A stretch of DNA of 30,066 nucleotides from Candidatus Saccharimonadota bacterium. Lineage in GTDB: Bacteria > Patescibacteriota > Saccharimonadia > Saccharimonadales > SLHW01. The translations under genes and the position numbers were made by a program. The DNA is taken from positions 1 to 30,066 of the forward strand of contig SLOC01000057.1 of NCBI GenBank assembly GCA_007132685.1, read 5' to 3'. The notes beneath the pieces were generated by a model that was not told the DNA's origin, did not search any database, and was given only the letters and a program-made list of their open reading frames with translations. Shown one piece after another: positions 1-7,636 of the stretch (position 1 is its first letter; each line of letters opens with the position of its first letter).

Positions 1-9
1 GGTAATCTG

Positions 10-18
10 TGCTACACT
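10..18 (+). promoter_or_regulatory. Extended -10 element (TGcTACACT), 6 nt before ATG 25; probable leaderless mRNA
   Basis: TGC-TACACT at 10-18, ATG at 25, no room for a Shine-Dalgarno sequence. Confidence 0.5.
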
Positions 19-24
19 TTTGCC

Positions 25-975
25 ATGGCAAAGAGAGACAACACCAAGAAGTCGGGGGGCAAGCAGGCTTCGAAAGCACGTGCTCGGAAAACTAGCGCGG
101 CTTCTACTTCCAAAAAACGAACCACTAAAGGTGCAGCGAAAAAGCGCACTACAACCAAAAAATCAACCACTAAAAAACAATCTGCTAAACAGTCGGTCGG
201 CATGAACGCTCGGATAAAAGCATTGACATCTGAACTACACGGTCTACGAGGACTACATGTGCTGTCAGCCGCGGTATTCGCAGGCTTAATCGCATTTGTT
301 TATACCGTAATGGAGGCAGTCGAGCGCACTAAGGTGATTAGCTACGCAGCAACAGATGCCTTGCGTGAAGACGCACTGGCGCCAGCGATCCAGAACTTCC
401 TAACGATTGACCTTCGCCACCTGTTAGCAGCTGGCTTGGGAGTCGCTGCTGTATACAGTCTGTTTATAGCGACAAGAGGCTGGAATAACTACATTTCCCG
501 AGCAAAGAAGGGCACTGTTGTCAGCCGATGGCTCATCGCGGCTATCTTAGGAGTTATCGGGCTGAAGGTTTCTTTCTTGTTGGTAGGTGTATTTGACGTA
601 TTACTACTAAGCGTATTAGCAGTTATGTTGATTGGCGCAACCTATCTCGCATATCGAGCAGACGTCGAAACAGTCAAAAAACGTAAAGCGAACCTATTTT
701 TGACTGCCGTGGTTACGGCTGCGGTCGTGGTGCTTGCGGCAGTAGTGTTTATCGCTACTAGCATGTGGCACGGCGTTACACTGCCGATCAGCAACTATAT
801 AGTCGTCGATTTCTTCGCACTTGGGCTACTTGGGTATGGCGTTAACCAGCTCTTTAGCCTCAAGAAGCGCAAAGGATTTGCTAAGTCAGAGGAAGTTGAG
901 CGTAACTACGTTTTGGTTACGACAGCTGCAACTGCGTTGTTCGCTGGCACCTTGATTATCGCGTTTATTTCGTAG
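25..975 (+). CDS. Heliorhodopsin-like 7TM protein lacking the retinal-binding Lys, with a Lys/Thr/Ser/Ala-rich N-terminal tail
   Basis: About seven hydrophobic helices after a basic tail. SRW...GVFD matches the heliorhodopsin TM3 pattern RWxEY...GIxD without gaps. LP..Y...VNQLFSLKKRKGF...ERNYVLVTTAAT matches the TM6-TM7 pattern P..Y...QY.K.GKW..Y..GERxYIxLSLVAK. Confidence 0.65.
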   Translation: MAKRDNTKKSGGKQASKARARKTSAASTSKKRTTKGAAKKRTTTKKSTTKKQSAKQSVGMNARIKALTSELHGLRGLHVLSAAVFAGLIAFVYTVMEAVERTKVISYAATDALREDALAPAIQNFLTIDLRHLLAAGLGVAAVYSLFIATRGWNNYISRAKKGTVVSRWLIAAILGVIGLKVSFLLVGVFDVLLLSVLAVMLIGATYLAYRADVETVKKRKANLFLTAVVTAAVVVLAAVVFIATSMWHGVTLPISNYIVVDFFALGLLGYGVNQLFSLKKRKGFAKSEEVERNYVLVTTAATALFAGTLIIAFIS

Positions 976-1005
976 AGGCAGTAGCCTAGCTATAAAAAGA
1001 AAACA

Positions 1006-2265
1006 GTGAGTCAAGCCGAAACGATAGTTAAACTTGAAAAGCTCGTCCACGGTGGTCAAGCGCTAGCGCGCTTAACCGATGGGCGAGCTGTTTTTGTGTG
1101 GGGCGGACTTCCAGGAGAAAAAGTACAGATACAGCTGCTAAAACAAAAGAAAGATTATGCTGAAGGGGTGGTAGAAGAGGTGATTAAACCTTCTCCTGAG
1201 CGTATTACACCGAAAGACGCTGCCTACCTGAGTACAAGTCCGTGGCAAGTGATGACTATTGAAGCTGAGCAAAGAGAAAAACAAGATATTTTGGTTGAAA
1301 CTCTAAAGCGAGCTGGCGTAGCACACCAGGATGATATTTCGGTACGCACGCCTCGTAAAACGTGGCAATATCGCAATAAAATGGAGTACAGTTTTTATGG
1401 AGATGCGGCAGGGCTGCACCTTGCACTATTTAAGCGCGGCACACATCGTAAACAGATTGTTGAGAGAAGTTCACTTGCGATGCCGGCAGTTGACGACACG
1501 GCAAATCGCATTAGATTAGTGCTTGCCGATGTAGGCGTGCGGGCAGGCAGCTTAAAGACGCTTATTGTGCGTGCCGACCAGAAAGGGAATACCACTGCGG
1601 CATTATTTGTAAAAGACGAAAATTTCCCAAAAATCAAAGACCTAGCTGCTGTCTGTCAAGGGCTAGTAGTCTACTACTCGACACCCAAAAGCCCGGCCAG
1701 TGTGTTGACCAAGGAGCTGTATAGGCATGGCGAGACTATTTTGCAAGACGAGCTGCTTGGTCACACCATTCGGTATGATGTGACGAGCTTTTTCCAGGTA
1801 AATATTGACGAGCTTTTACCTGCGGCGAGCACGATAGCTGAGTACATGGGTGTAGATGGAGAAGTCGTAGACTTCTACGCTGGAGTTGGTACTTTCGCGG
1901 CGATTGCAGGCGCATCCAAAATGGTAGAGCTGGATTCTGTAAATATCCAGCTTGCGCGGCGTAATGTGGCGAAGAGTTGCGAAGTAGTCCATGCTTCAGC
2001 AGAGCATTCGCTGGAACATATTCCCACGGGAGAGCATACGGGTTTGATCGTTGACCCGCCAAGGGCTGGTTTGCATAAAAATGTGATTCAACAGATTCGT
2101 CAAAAACAACCAGACCGGATTGCCTACCTGAGCTGCAATCCAGTTACTCAGGCTCGAGACCTAGCACTACTTCAAGACAGGTATGCTGCTGTAGCGATAA
2201 ATGGGTATAACTTTTTTCCTCGTACCCCACACATTGAAAGCCTGACGCTATTGGAGCGAAAGTAG
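1006..2265 (+). CDS. rlmD: 23S rRNA m5U methyltransferase, RlmD/RumA (TrmA) family, with TRAM domain
   Basis: N-terminal TRAM (GGQALAR..VFVWGGLPGE), YRNKMEY, SFFQVN, DFYAGVGTF, VDPPRAGL, catalytic YLSCNP, FFPRTPHIES. GTG start. Confidence 0.82.
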   Translation: MSQAETIVKLEKLVHGGQALARLTDGRAVFVWGGLPGEKVQIQLLKQKKDYAEGVVEEVIKPSPERITPKDAAYLSTSPWQVMTIEAEQREKQDILVETLKRAGVAHQDDISVRTPRKTWQYRNKMEYSFYGDAAGLHLALFKRGTHRKQIVERSSLAMPAVDDTANRIRLVLADVGVRAGSLKTLIVRADQKGNTTAALFVKDENFPKIKDLAAVCQGLVVYYSTPKSPASVLTKELYRHGETILQDELLGHTIRYDVTSFFQVNIDELLPAASTIAEYMGVDGEVVDFYAGVGTFAAIAGASKMVELDSVNIQLARRNVAKSCEVVHASAEHSLEHIPTGEHTGLIVDPPRAGLHKNVIQQIRQKQPDRIAYLSCNPVTQARDLALLQDRYAAVAINGYNFFPRTPHIESLTLLERK

Positions 2266-2961
2266 ATGAGCACCCATCGGTTTTTTATTAACCAAAAACT
2301 TAGCCGGAACAAGCGCTTAAGCGTAACTGACGAGGCGCTCCTTCATCAATGGCGAGCTGTATTACGACTTACACCGGGTGCGAGAATTATATTGTTCGAC
2401 GGAGAAGGGTCCGAGGCAATATACGAAGTGGGCTCACTTACGAAAAAGCGTGCCGACCTGATTTTGCAATCGGTTACTAAGCCTGTGCTGCCAAAGCGAA
2501 AAGTGCATCTCGCTTGGTCGCTGCTTAAGCGTGAAAATAACGAATTGATTATCCAAAAAGCGACGGAGCTTGGCGTGAGTCAACTCATCCCGATTATGGC
2601 TGAGCGATGCGTTCGATCACATGTATCGAATACGCGCACCGATAGATGGCAGCGTATTGCTACAGAAGCAGCTGAACAGTGCGGTCGTGGCGATATACCG
2701 CTCATCAGTGGAGCTGTATCACCAGCTGATTTGATAAATAGCCAGCCACGCGAATCGTTAATCGTGTGCCGAGTTGGCAATCAGCATCAACAAAACTTTA
2801 TCGGGGACTCAGGCATTACTGTGCTCGTTGGTCCGGAAGGAGGCTGGTCGCCTAATGAAGAGCGCTTGTTTGACGAGCATGAGGTGACATCATTGTCACT
2901 AGGGCAGTTCACGCTACGAGCTGAAACTGCTGCCATCATTGCCACCTCGAAGCTGCTCTAG
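2266..2961 (+). CDS. rsmE: 16S rRNA m3U1498 methyltransferase RsmE
   Basis: HQWRAVLR, IIQKATELGV, EAAEQCGR, VGPEGGWS and LRAETAA motifs. Directly abuts the upstream stop codon. Confidence 0.95.
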   Translation: MSTHRFFINQKLSRNKRLSVTDEALLHQWRAVLRLTPGARIILFDGEGSEAIYEVGSLTKKRADLILQSVTKPVLPKRKVHLAWSLLKRENNELIIQKATELGVSQLIPIMAERCVRSHVSNTRTDRWQRIATEAAEQCGRGDIPLISGAVSPADLINSQPRESLIVCRVGNQHQQNFIGDSGITVLVGPEGGWSPNEERLFDEHEVTSLSLGQFTLRAETAAIIATSKLL

Positions 2962-3032
2962 CAATTACTATGCATAAGAGGTATACTTACGCAGTAGACG
3001 ACCTATAACAAAAAAAGGAAAACAAACACGCT

Positions 3033-5003
3033 ATGGGTCTACAGCAAAACAAAATTGCTTCGTGGCTTGCGCACATCGTGCGATCCTTTCGATTGTTGCC
3101 CAAGCACAAAAAACTCTACGTGTTTAGCGGGGTACTAGTTGGCTATTCGGCTCTTTTGCTGCTGGTACAGTTTGTGTTGCCGAAAACCGTCGTGTTCTCT
3201 TATGGTGATCCGACTTGTGTAAGAAGTGTTGTTTTGTTGCCAGAGCTACATGCTGCCAACGGTGATGATTTGACGGTGTGGACTGAGAACGAACTGACTA
3301 TTGGCAACTACCCAGTCGCTGCTCGTTCGCTCTGTGTTGAGCCTAAAGTGACCCCCGAGCCAGGCAAGCAGCTTTCATCATCTGTTACGCCACGATATTT
3401 ACCGTTTCTTAGTCAGCGCCTGCAAGTAGAGATACCCTCGTACCCAAAACCGCTAAAAGAGCAAATTCAACCTGTTATCGAGTTGGCAGTTCGTGATGAG
3501 CTAGTGTTGGCGTTCGATAATGCGGATAGTTTCTTCGAGTACAAGATACAGGTAGACGATCAACATCAAAAATGTGAAACATACGGAGTTATACTAACGT
3601 GCAATCTTGCCAAGCTCGCGCTTGAGCAATCAAGTGAATACGAGGTGGTTGTCGATCGACTGTTTGGTGGTGTGCCGATTGAGTCGATTGCCCAAAAACG
3701 GTTGCGCACACTTGACCCGCTGGAGGTTACGAGCAGCTCTATTGACGTAGACGAGACAGTGTACGAGCAGCCAGACAATATAACATTGTCGTTCAATAAA
3801 CCGATTCAAGAGCCACGACCTAGCGCAGTGGTAGTCACTGATGAGTCGGGGTCACCAGTTGTGCACGAACTCCGTCTTACAGGTGAAAAAGAACTGACAA
3901 TACAGTTTGGCGATGTGCTGGAGCGAGAAACAACGTACAATCTTGTACTGACAACTGACCTCATAGCAGAGGACAATGCGCTTCTTAGGGAGCGCTGGGA
4001 GCTGCAATTTAGTACATCGGGGGGACCTTCGCCTCAAAACAGCACCGTTTTTGGCAACGGCATTAGCCGAAATGCCGAGCTGAGTGTGACGTTTGATCAA
4101 GAGCTGGATGAAAACCAAGACTTTAGCGAATCTGTGACACTTACCATTAATGGAAGCGTTGCTGATGCGCAATTATCTGCTCGTGGCGATCGATTGATAG
4201 TTGCAGCTGGTCAGCTTCCGCTTTGCTCTAAGTTGGAACTTAGGGTGGAAGGCGAGATTGTTAGCAAGCATGACGTGGGTGGTGAAGTTGCTTGGTCAAC
4301 CAGCGGAAGAGTGACATGTCGAACCACTTCGGTCATTGGTCACTCAGTGAGTGGTAGGCCAATTTATGCGTACACGTTTGGCGACGGACCTAACACCATT
4401 TTGTATGTCGGCGGCATGCACGGCAATGAGTACAGCAGTGTATTATTGCTTAATGCTTGGCTACGGGAGCTGGACGCGCACCCTGACCGAATCCCAAGCG
4501 ATAAAAAGTTAATCGTCATACCTGATAGCTGTCCTGACTGTGTCGCGGCACGGAGTCGGTTCAACGCAAACGAGGTTGACCTTAATCGCAATTTCCCAAC
4601 AGATGATTGGCAGTCAGAGGTATTTGTTCCTGGAGAAACCAGCATGCCAGAAGGCGGTGGCAGCCAACCTTTATCCGAACCGGAAGCTAAAGCACTTGCA
4701 GACCTAGTAAGGCGTGAACGACCTAAGCTCACGCTGACATACCATGCTGTTGCCGATGTGGTGATTAGCAATGACGCACCGCAATCCATTGATTGGGGTA
4801 GGGAGTACGCCCATCTGTCTGGTTATAATTTCTCAACTACCAACAACATAGAAAACATATTCAGCTACACCGCGACCGGTGCATTTGAAGACTGGATCAA
4901 AGACGAACTTAACTTACCGGCACTACTCGTGGAAATGGCTACCATGGGCACTAGCGAAATACAGCGAAATCGCAGCGCTCTTTGGTACACGGTAGGCTTG
5001 TAG
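3033..5003 (+). CDS. Membrane-anchored surface protein with Ig-like (SbsA/Big_5-type) repeats and a C-terminal M14 zinc carboxypeptidase (MpaA-like) domain
   Basis: N-terminal TM helix; Ig-like segments (ITLSFNKPI, LSVTFDQEL); M14 motifs GGMHGNE, RFNANEVDLNRNFP, SEPEAKAL, TYH, LLVE. Confidence 0.8.
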   Translation: MGLQQNKIASWLAHIVRSFRLLPKHKKLYVFSGVLVGYSALLLLVQFVLPKTVVFSYGDPTCVRSVVLLPELHAANGDDLTVWTENELTIGNYPVAARSLCVEPKVTPEPGKQLSSSVTPRYLPFLSQRLQVEIPSYPKPLKEQIQPVIELAVRDELVLAFDNADSFFEYKIQVDDQHQKCETYGVILTCNLAKLALEQSSEYEVVVDRLFGGVPIESIAQKRLRTLDPLEVTSSSIDVDETVYEQPDNITLSFNKPIQEPRPSAVVVTDESGSPVVHELRLTGEKELTIQFGDVLERETTYNLVLTTDLIAEDNALLRERWELQFSTSGGPSPQNSTVFGNGISRNAELSVTFDQELDENQDFSESVTLTINGSVADAQLSARGDRLIVAAGQLPLCSKLELRVEGEIVSKHDVGGEVAWSTSGRVTCRTTSVIGHSVSGRPIYAYTFGDGPNTILYVGGMHGNEYSSVLLLNAWLRELDAHPDRIPSDKKLIVIPDSCPDCVAARSRFNANEVDLNRNFPTDDWQSEVFVPGETSMPEGGGSQPLSEPEAKALADLVRRERPKLTLTYHAVADVVISNDAPQSIDWGREYAHLSGYNFSTTNNIENIFSYTATGAFEDWIKDELNLPALLVEMATMGTSEIQRNRSALWYTVGL

Positions 5004-5014
5004 CTTTTTTCAGC

Positions 5015-5023
5015 TGCTACAAT
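5015..5023 (+). promoter_or_regulatory. Extended -10 (TGcTACAAT), 8 nt before ATG 5032
   Basis: Motif and spacing read directly from the sequence. Confidence 0.5.
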
Positions 5024-5031
5024 AGAAGGCG

Positions 5032-5802
5032 ATGAGTTATTCTCGTAGTCAACCGTATCGGCCTGGCCAAACCAGCCCGTATAAATTATCTCGATCTAAG
5101 ATTGAACTGTTCATGCAGTGTCCGCGCTGCTTTTGGTTGGATAATCGGCTCAGAATTAAGCGCCCAAACACCCCGCCATTTCGGATAAATTCGGCGATTG
5201 ACGAGCTGTTGAAGCGAGAGTTTGATCGCTACCGAAGTGAGAAACAGCCACATCCAATTATGCGTGACAATGATGTCAAGGCCGTGCCATTTGCTCACAA
5301 AGATCTTGATAAATGGCGCGCGAACTTTACTGGCGTAGCGACAGTACATGAGCCAACCAACTTGTACATTTTCGGTGCATTAGATGATGTTTGGATTGAT
5401 GATGAACAGCAACTACTCGTCGTTGACTACAAAGCGACTGCTAAAGACCGGGAAGTATCAATCGATGCTGATTGGCAGATTGCGTACAAGCGGCAGATGG
5501 AAGTGTACCAGTGGCTGCTTCGGCAAAACGGCTTCACGGTATCTGATACCGCGTATTTTGTGTACGCCAACGGACGCCTGGATCTCGATAGCTTTGATAA
5601 TAAAGTTGAGTTTCAAACCAAGCTTATCCCTTATGTAGCCGATGCTTCCTGGGTAGATGATACGCTACATAAAATAAAAGAAACCTTGGAGGGTGACATT
5701 CCGTCGGTTGGTTCGGCCGCTATGGGCGGCCCATGTGATTATTGTAGTTATGCGCGTTCGCGCACAGAGATGACTCTACAGTCAATACAGGACAAATCAT
5801 AA
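5032..5802 (+). CDS. PD-(D/E)XK nuclease family protein (RecB/AddB/Cas4-like fold)
   Basis: LSRSKIELFMQCPRCF start, GALDD, VVDYKAT, YKRQMEVYQWLL and C-terminal CDYC. Confidence 0.8.
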   Translation: MSYSRSQPYRPGQTSPYKLSRSKIELFMQCPRCFWLDNRLRIKRPNTPPFRINSAIDELLKREFDRYRSEKQPHPIMRDNDVKAVPFAHKDLDKWRANFTGVATVHEPTNLYIFGALDDVWIDDEQQLLVVDYKATAKDREVSIDADWQIAYKRQMEVYQWLLRQNGFTVSDTAYFVYANGRLDLDSFDNKVEFQTKLIPYVADASWVDDTLHKIKETLEGDIPSVGSAAMGGPCDYCSYARSRTEMTLQSIQDKS

Positions 5803-5849
5803 GAATCTCTGCACATGAGTGCAATGATGATTTATACTAGGAGATAGAA

Positions 5850-7106
5850 ATGTTGGATATTCAATTTATACGGGACAATCGAGCGGTGGTTCAGCAGGCG
5901 GCGGACGCCAAAGAAGTTTCGGTATCGATTGATGAATTGCTGGCTCTCGACGAGCAACGCAGGGAAAAGCTGCAACAGGTGGAGGCGCTGCGCGCTAAAC
6001 GCAATGATGTTGCTGCCAAAATGAAGAGCGGCAAGCCTGATGCTGCGCAAATTGAAGAAGGCAAGCGAATCAAAGAGGAGCTCTCCGGATTAGAGGCTGA
6101 ACTACAAGAAGTGCTTACAGCTTATAACGAAAAGATGCTATTGGTGCCAAACGTCATGCACGAGTCAGTGACTCACGCGCCCGGCGAAGAGGGCAACATG
6201 GTCGTTGAAACACTTGGCGAGAAGCCGGAATTTGGCTTTACGATTCGCGATCACCAACAAATTGGTGAAGCAAAAGACTGGATAGATATCGAGACAGCGG
6301 CCAAGACCTCTGGATCACGGTTTTATTTTCTCAAGGGCGACTTGGTGCTCCTAGAACAGGCACTGGTGGCGTGGATTTTTAAAAAGCTCGTTTCCAAAGA
6401 TTTTACACCGGTGAGTGTACCGACATTGGTCCGGGAAGAGATGATGGAAGGAACCGGTTTTTTCCCGGCGGAACGCAACGAAATCTACTCAGTTAATCCA
6501 GACGAAGACAATCTATTTCTCGCTGGTACATCCGAGGTGCCGCTCACTGGTTTGCATCTAGTGAATGAGCTCAAAGAGGAAGATTTGCCGAGAAAATACG
6601 TCGGGTATTCGACTTGCTATCGCCGAGAAGCGGGTAGTTACGGCAAAGATACCAAAGGTATTTTCCGCGTTCATCAGTTTAATAAGCTGGAGATGTACTG
6701 TTTTGCCCACCCGGATACTTCCTGGGATATTCATGAAGAGATGCTTGCTATTGAGAAGGAGATTTTATCTGAGCTCGGGCTGCACTACCAAGTAATAAAC
6801 ATTGGTTCTGGTGACCTTGGTGCGCCTGCGGCGAAGAAATATGACTGTGAAGTCTGGATACCAAGCCAAGAGAAGTATCGTGAATTGACCAGCTGTTCAA
6901 ACGTGACGGACTTTCAGGCAAGACGAACCGGCATTAAATATCGAACAAGCAGCGGCGAAAAAGCTTATGTACATACGCTCAATGGTACGGCCATGGCGTC
7001 TACACGTACGTTGATTGCCATTATGGAAAATTATCAAACAGAGGAGGGAAATGTGATAGTTCCAGAAGTATTACGACCATACATGGGAGGAAAGGAGCAA
7101 ATATGA
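5850..7106 (+). CDS. serS: Serine--tRNA ligase
   Basis: MLDIQFIR start, coiled-coil arm, LAGTSEVPL, STCYRREAG, FRVHQFNKLE, ELTSCSNVTDFQARR, HTLNGT. AGGAG upstream. Confidence 0.98.
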   Translation: MLDIQFIRDNRAVVQQAADAKEVSVSIDELLALDEQRREKLQQVEALRAKRNDVAAKMKSGKPDAAQIEEGKRIKEELSGLEAELQEVLTAYNEKMLLVPNVMHESVTHAPGEEGNMVVETLGEKPEFGFTIRDHQQIGEAKDWIDIETAAKTSGSRFYFLKGDLVLLEQALVAWIFKKLVSKDFTPVSVPTLVREEMMEGTGFFPAERNEIYSVNPDEDNLFLAGTSEVPLTGLHLVNELKEEDLPRKYVGYSTCYRREAGSYGKDTKGIFRVHQFNKLEMYCFAHPDTSWDIHEEMLAIEKEILSELGLHYQVINIGSGDLGAPAAKKYDCEVWIPSQEKYRELTSCSNVTDFQARRTGIKYRTSSGEKAYVHTLNGTAMASTRTLIAIMENYQTEEGNVIVPEVLRPYMGGKEQI

Positions 7107-7480
7107 TACAAAAGTTTGAGATAACCGCGAAGAAAATCGAGCTCACCGAGGAGCTTAAGAAATATATCACGAGAAAAATTGCCAAACTTGACCGCTACTT
7201 ACCGCGTCAGGCACGTGAATCAGCTCACGCCGAGGTCATCATGAAGGAAGCAGGTGGCAGCAAAGGAAAAAAGACCTACACGTGTGAGGTCGTACTGCAG
7301 GTTCCCGGAGAGACGATTACTGTGTCGCAAGCGACCATCAACCCGTTTGCTGCGGTTGATATTGCCGAAGATACGCTCAAAAATCGTATTCGTAAATACA
7401 AAAATACCCACGGCACTAACCGCTTGCATAAGCGAGTGCTTTCTCGTATGAAGCGTCGCACTGGCGGCCGGCTCGATTAA
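7103..7480 (+). CDS. hpf: Ribosome hibernation factor, short HPF/RaiA type
   Basis: IELTEELKKYITRKIAKLDRY, CEVVLQVPG and FAAVDIAEDTLKNRIRKYK. ATGA overlap with the serS stop; sits upstream of secA as is usual. Confidence 0.88.
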   Translation: MIQKFEITAKKIELTEELKKYITRKIAKLDRYLPRQARESAHAEVIMKEAGGSKGKKTYTCEVVLQVPGETITVSQATINPFAAVDIAEDTLKNRIRKYKNTHGTNRLHKRVLSRMKRRTGGRLD

Positions 7481-7636
7481 TTTTTGTTTGCCATACATTT
7501 TTGCCTCGCACATCAACTGATAGTGCGCTACAATGGGGACTAGTATTTTTATGCACTTGCTGGGTGGGTGAGTATTCAGTCTTGAACTGTGCATAAAGCA
7601 AACAAGATAAGACACAGGAGATACTACCGAAGCGAT

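Noticed and set aside
5032-5802. Cas4 or a CRISPR system
   Set aside because: No cas1/cas2 and no repeat-spacer array in the window; the Cys pattern differs from Cas4.
7589-7636. N-terminal extension of SecA from GTG 7589
   Set aside because: Similarity to SecA begins at MKRIVKHVLGDPQ, and the GTG lies inside the leader stem with no SD.
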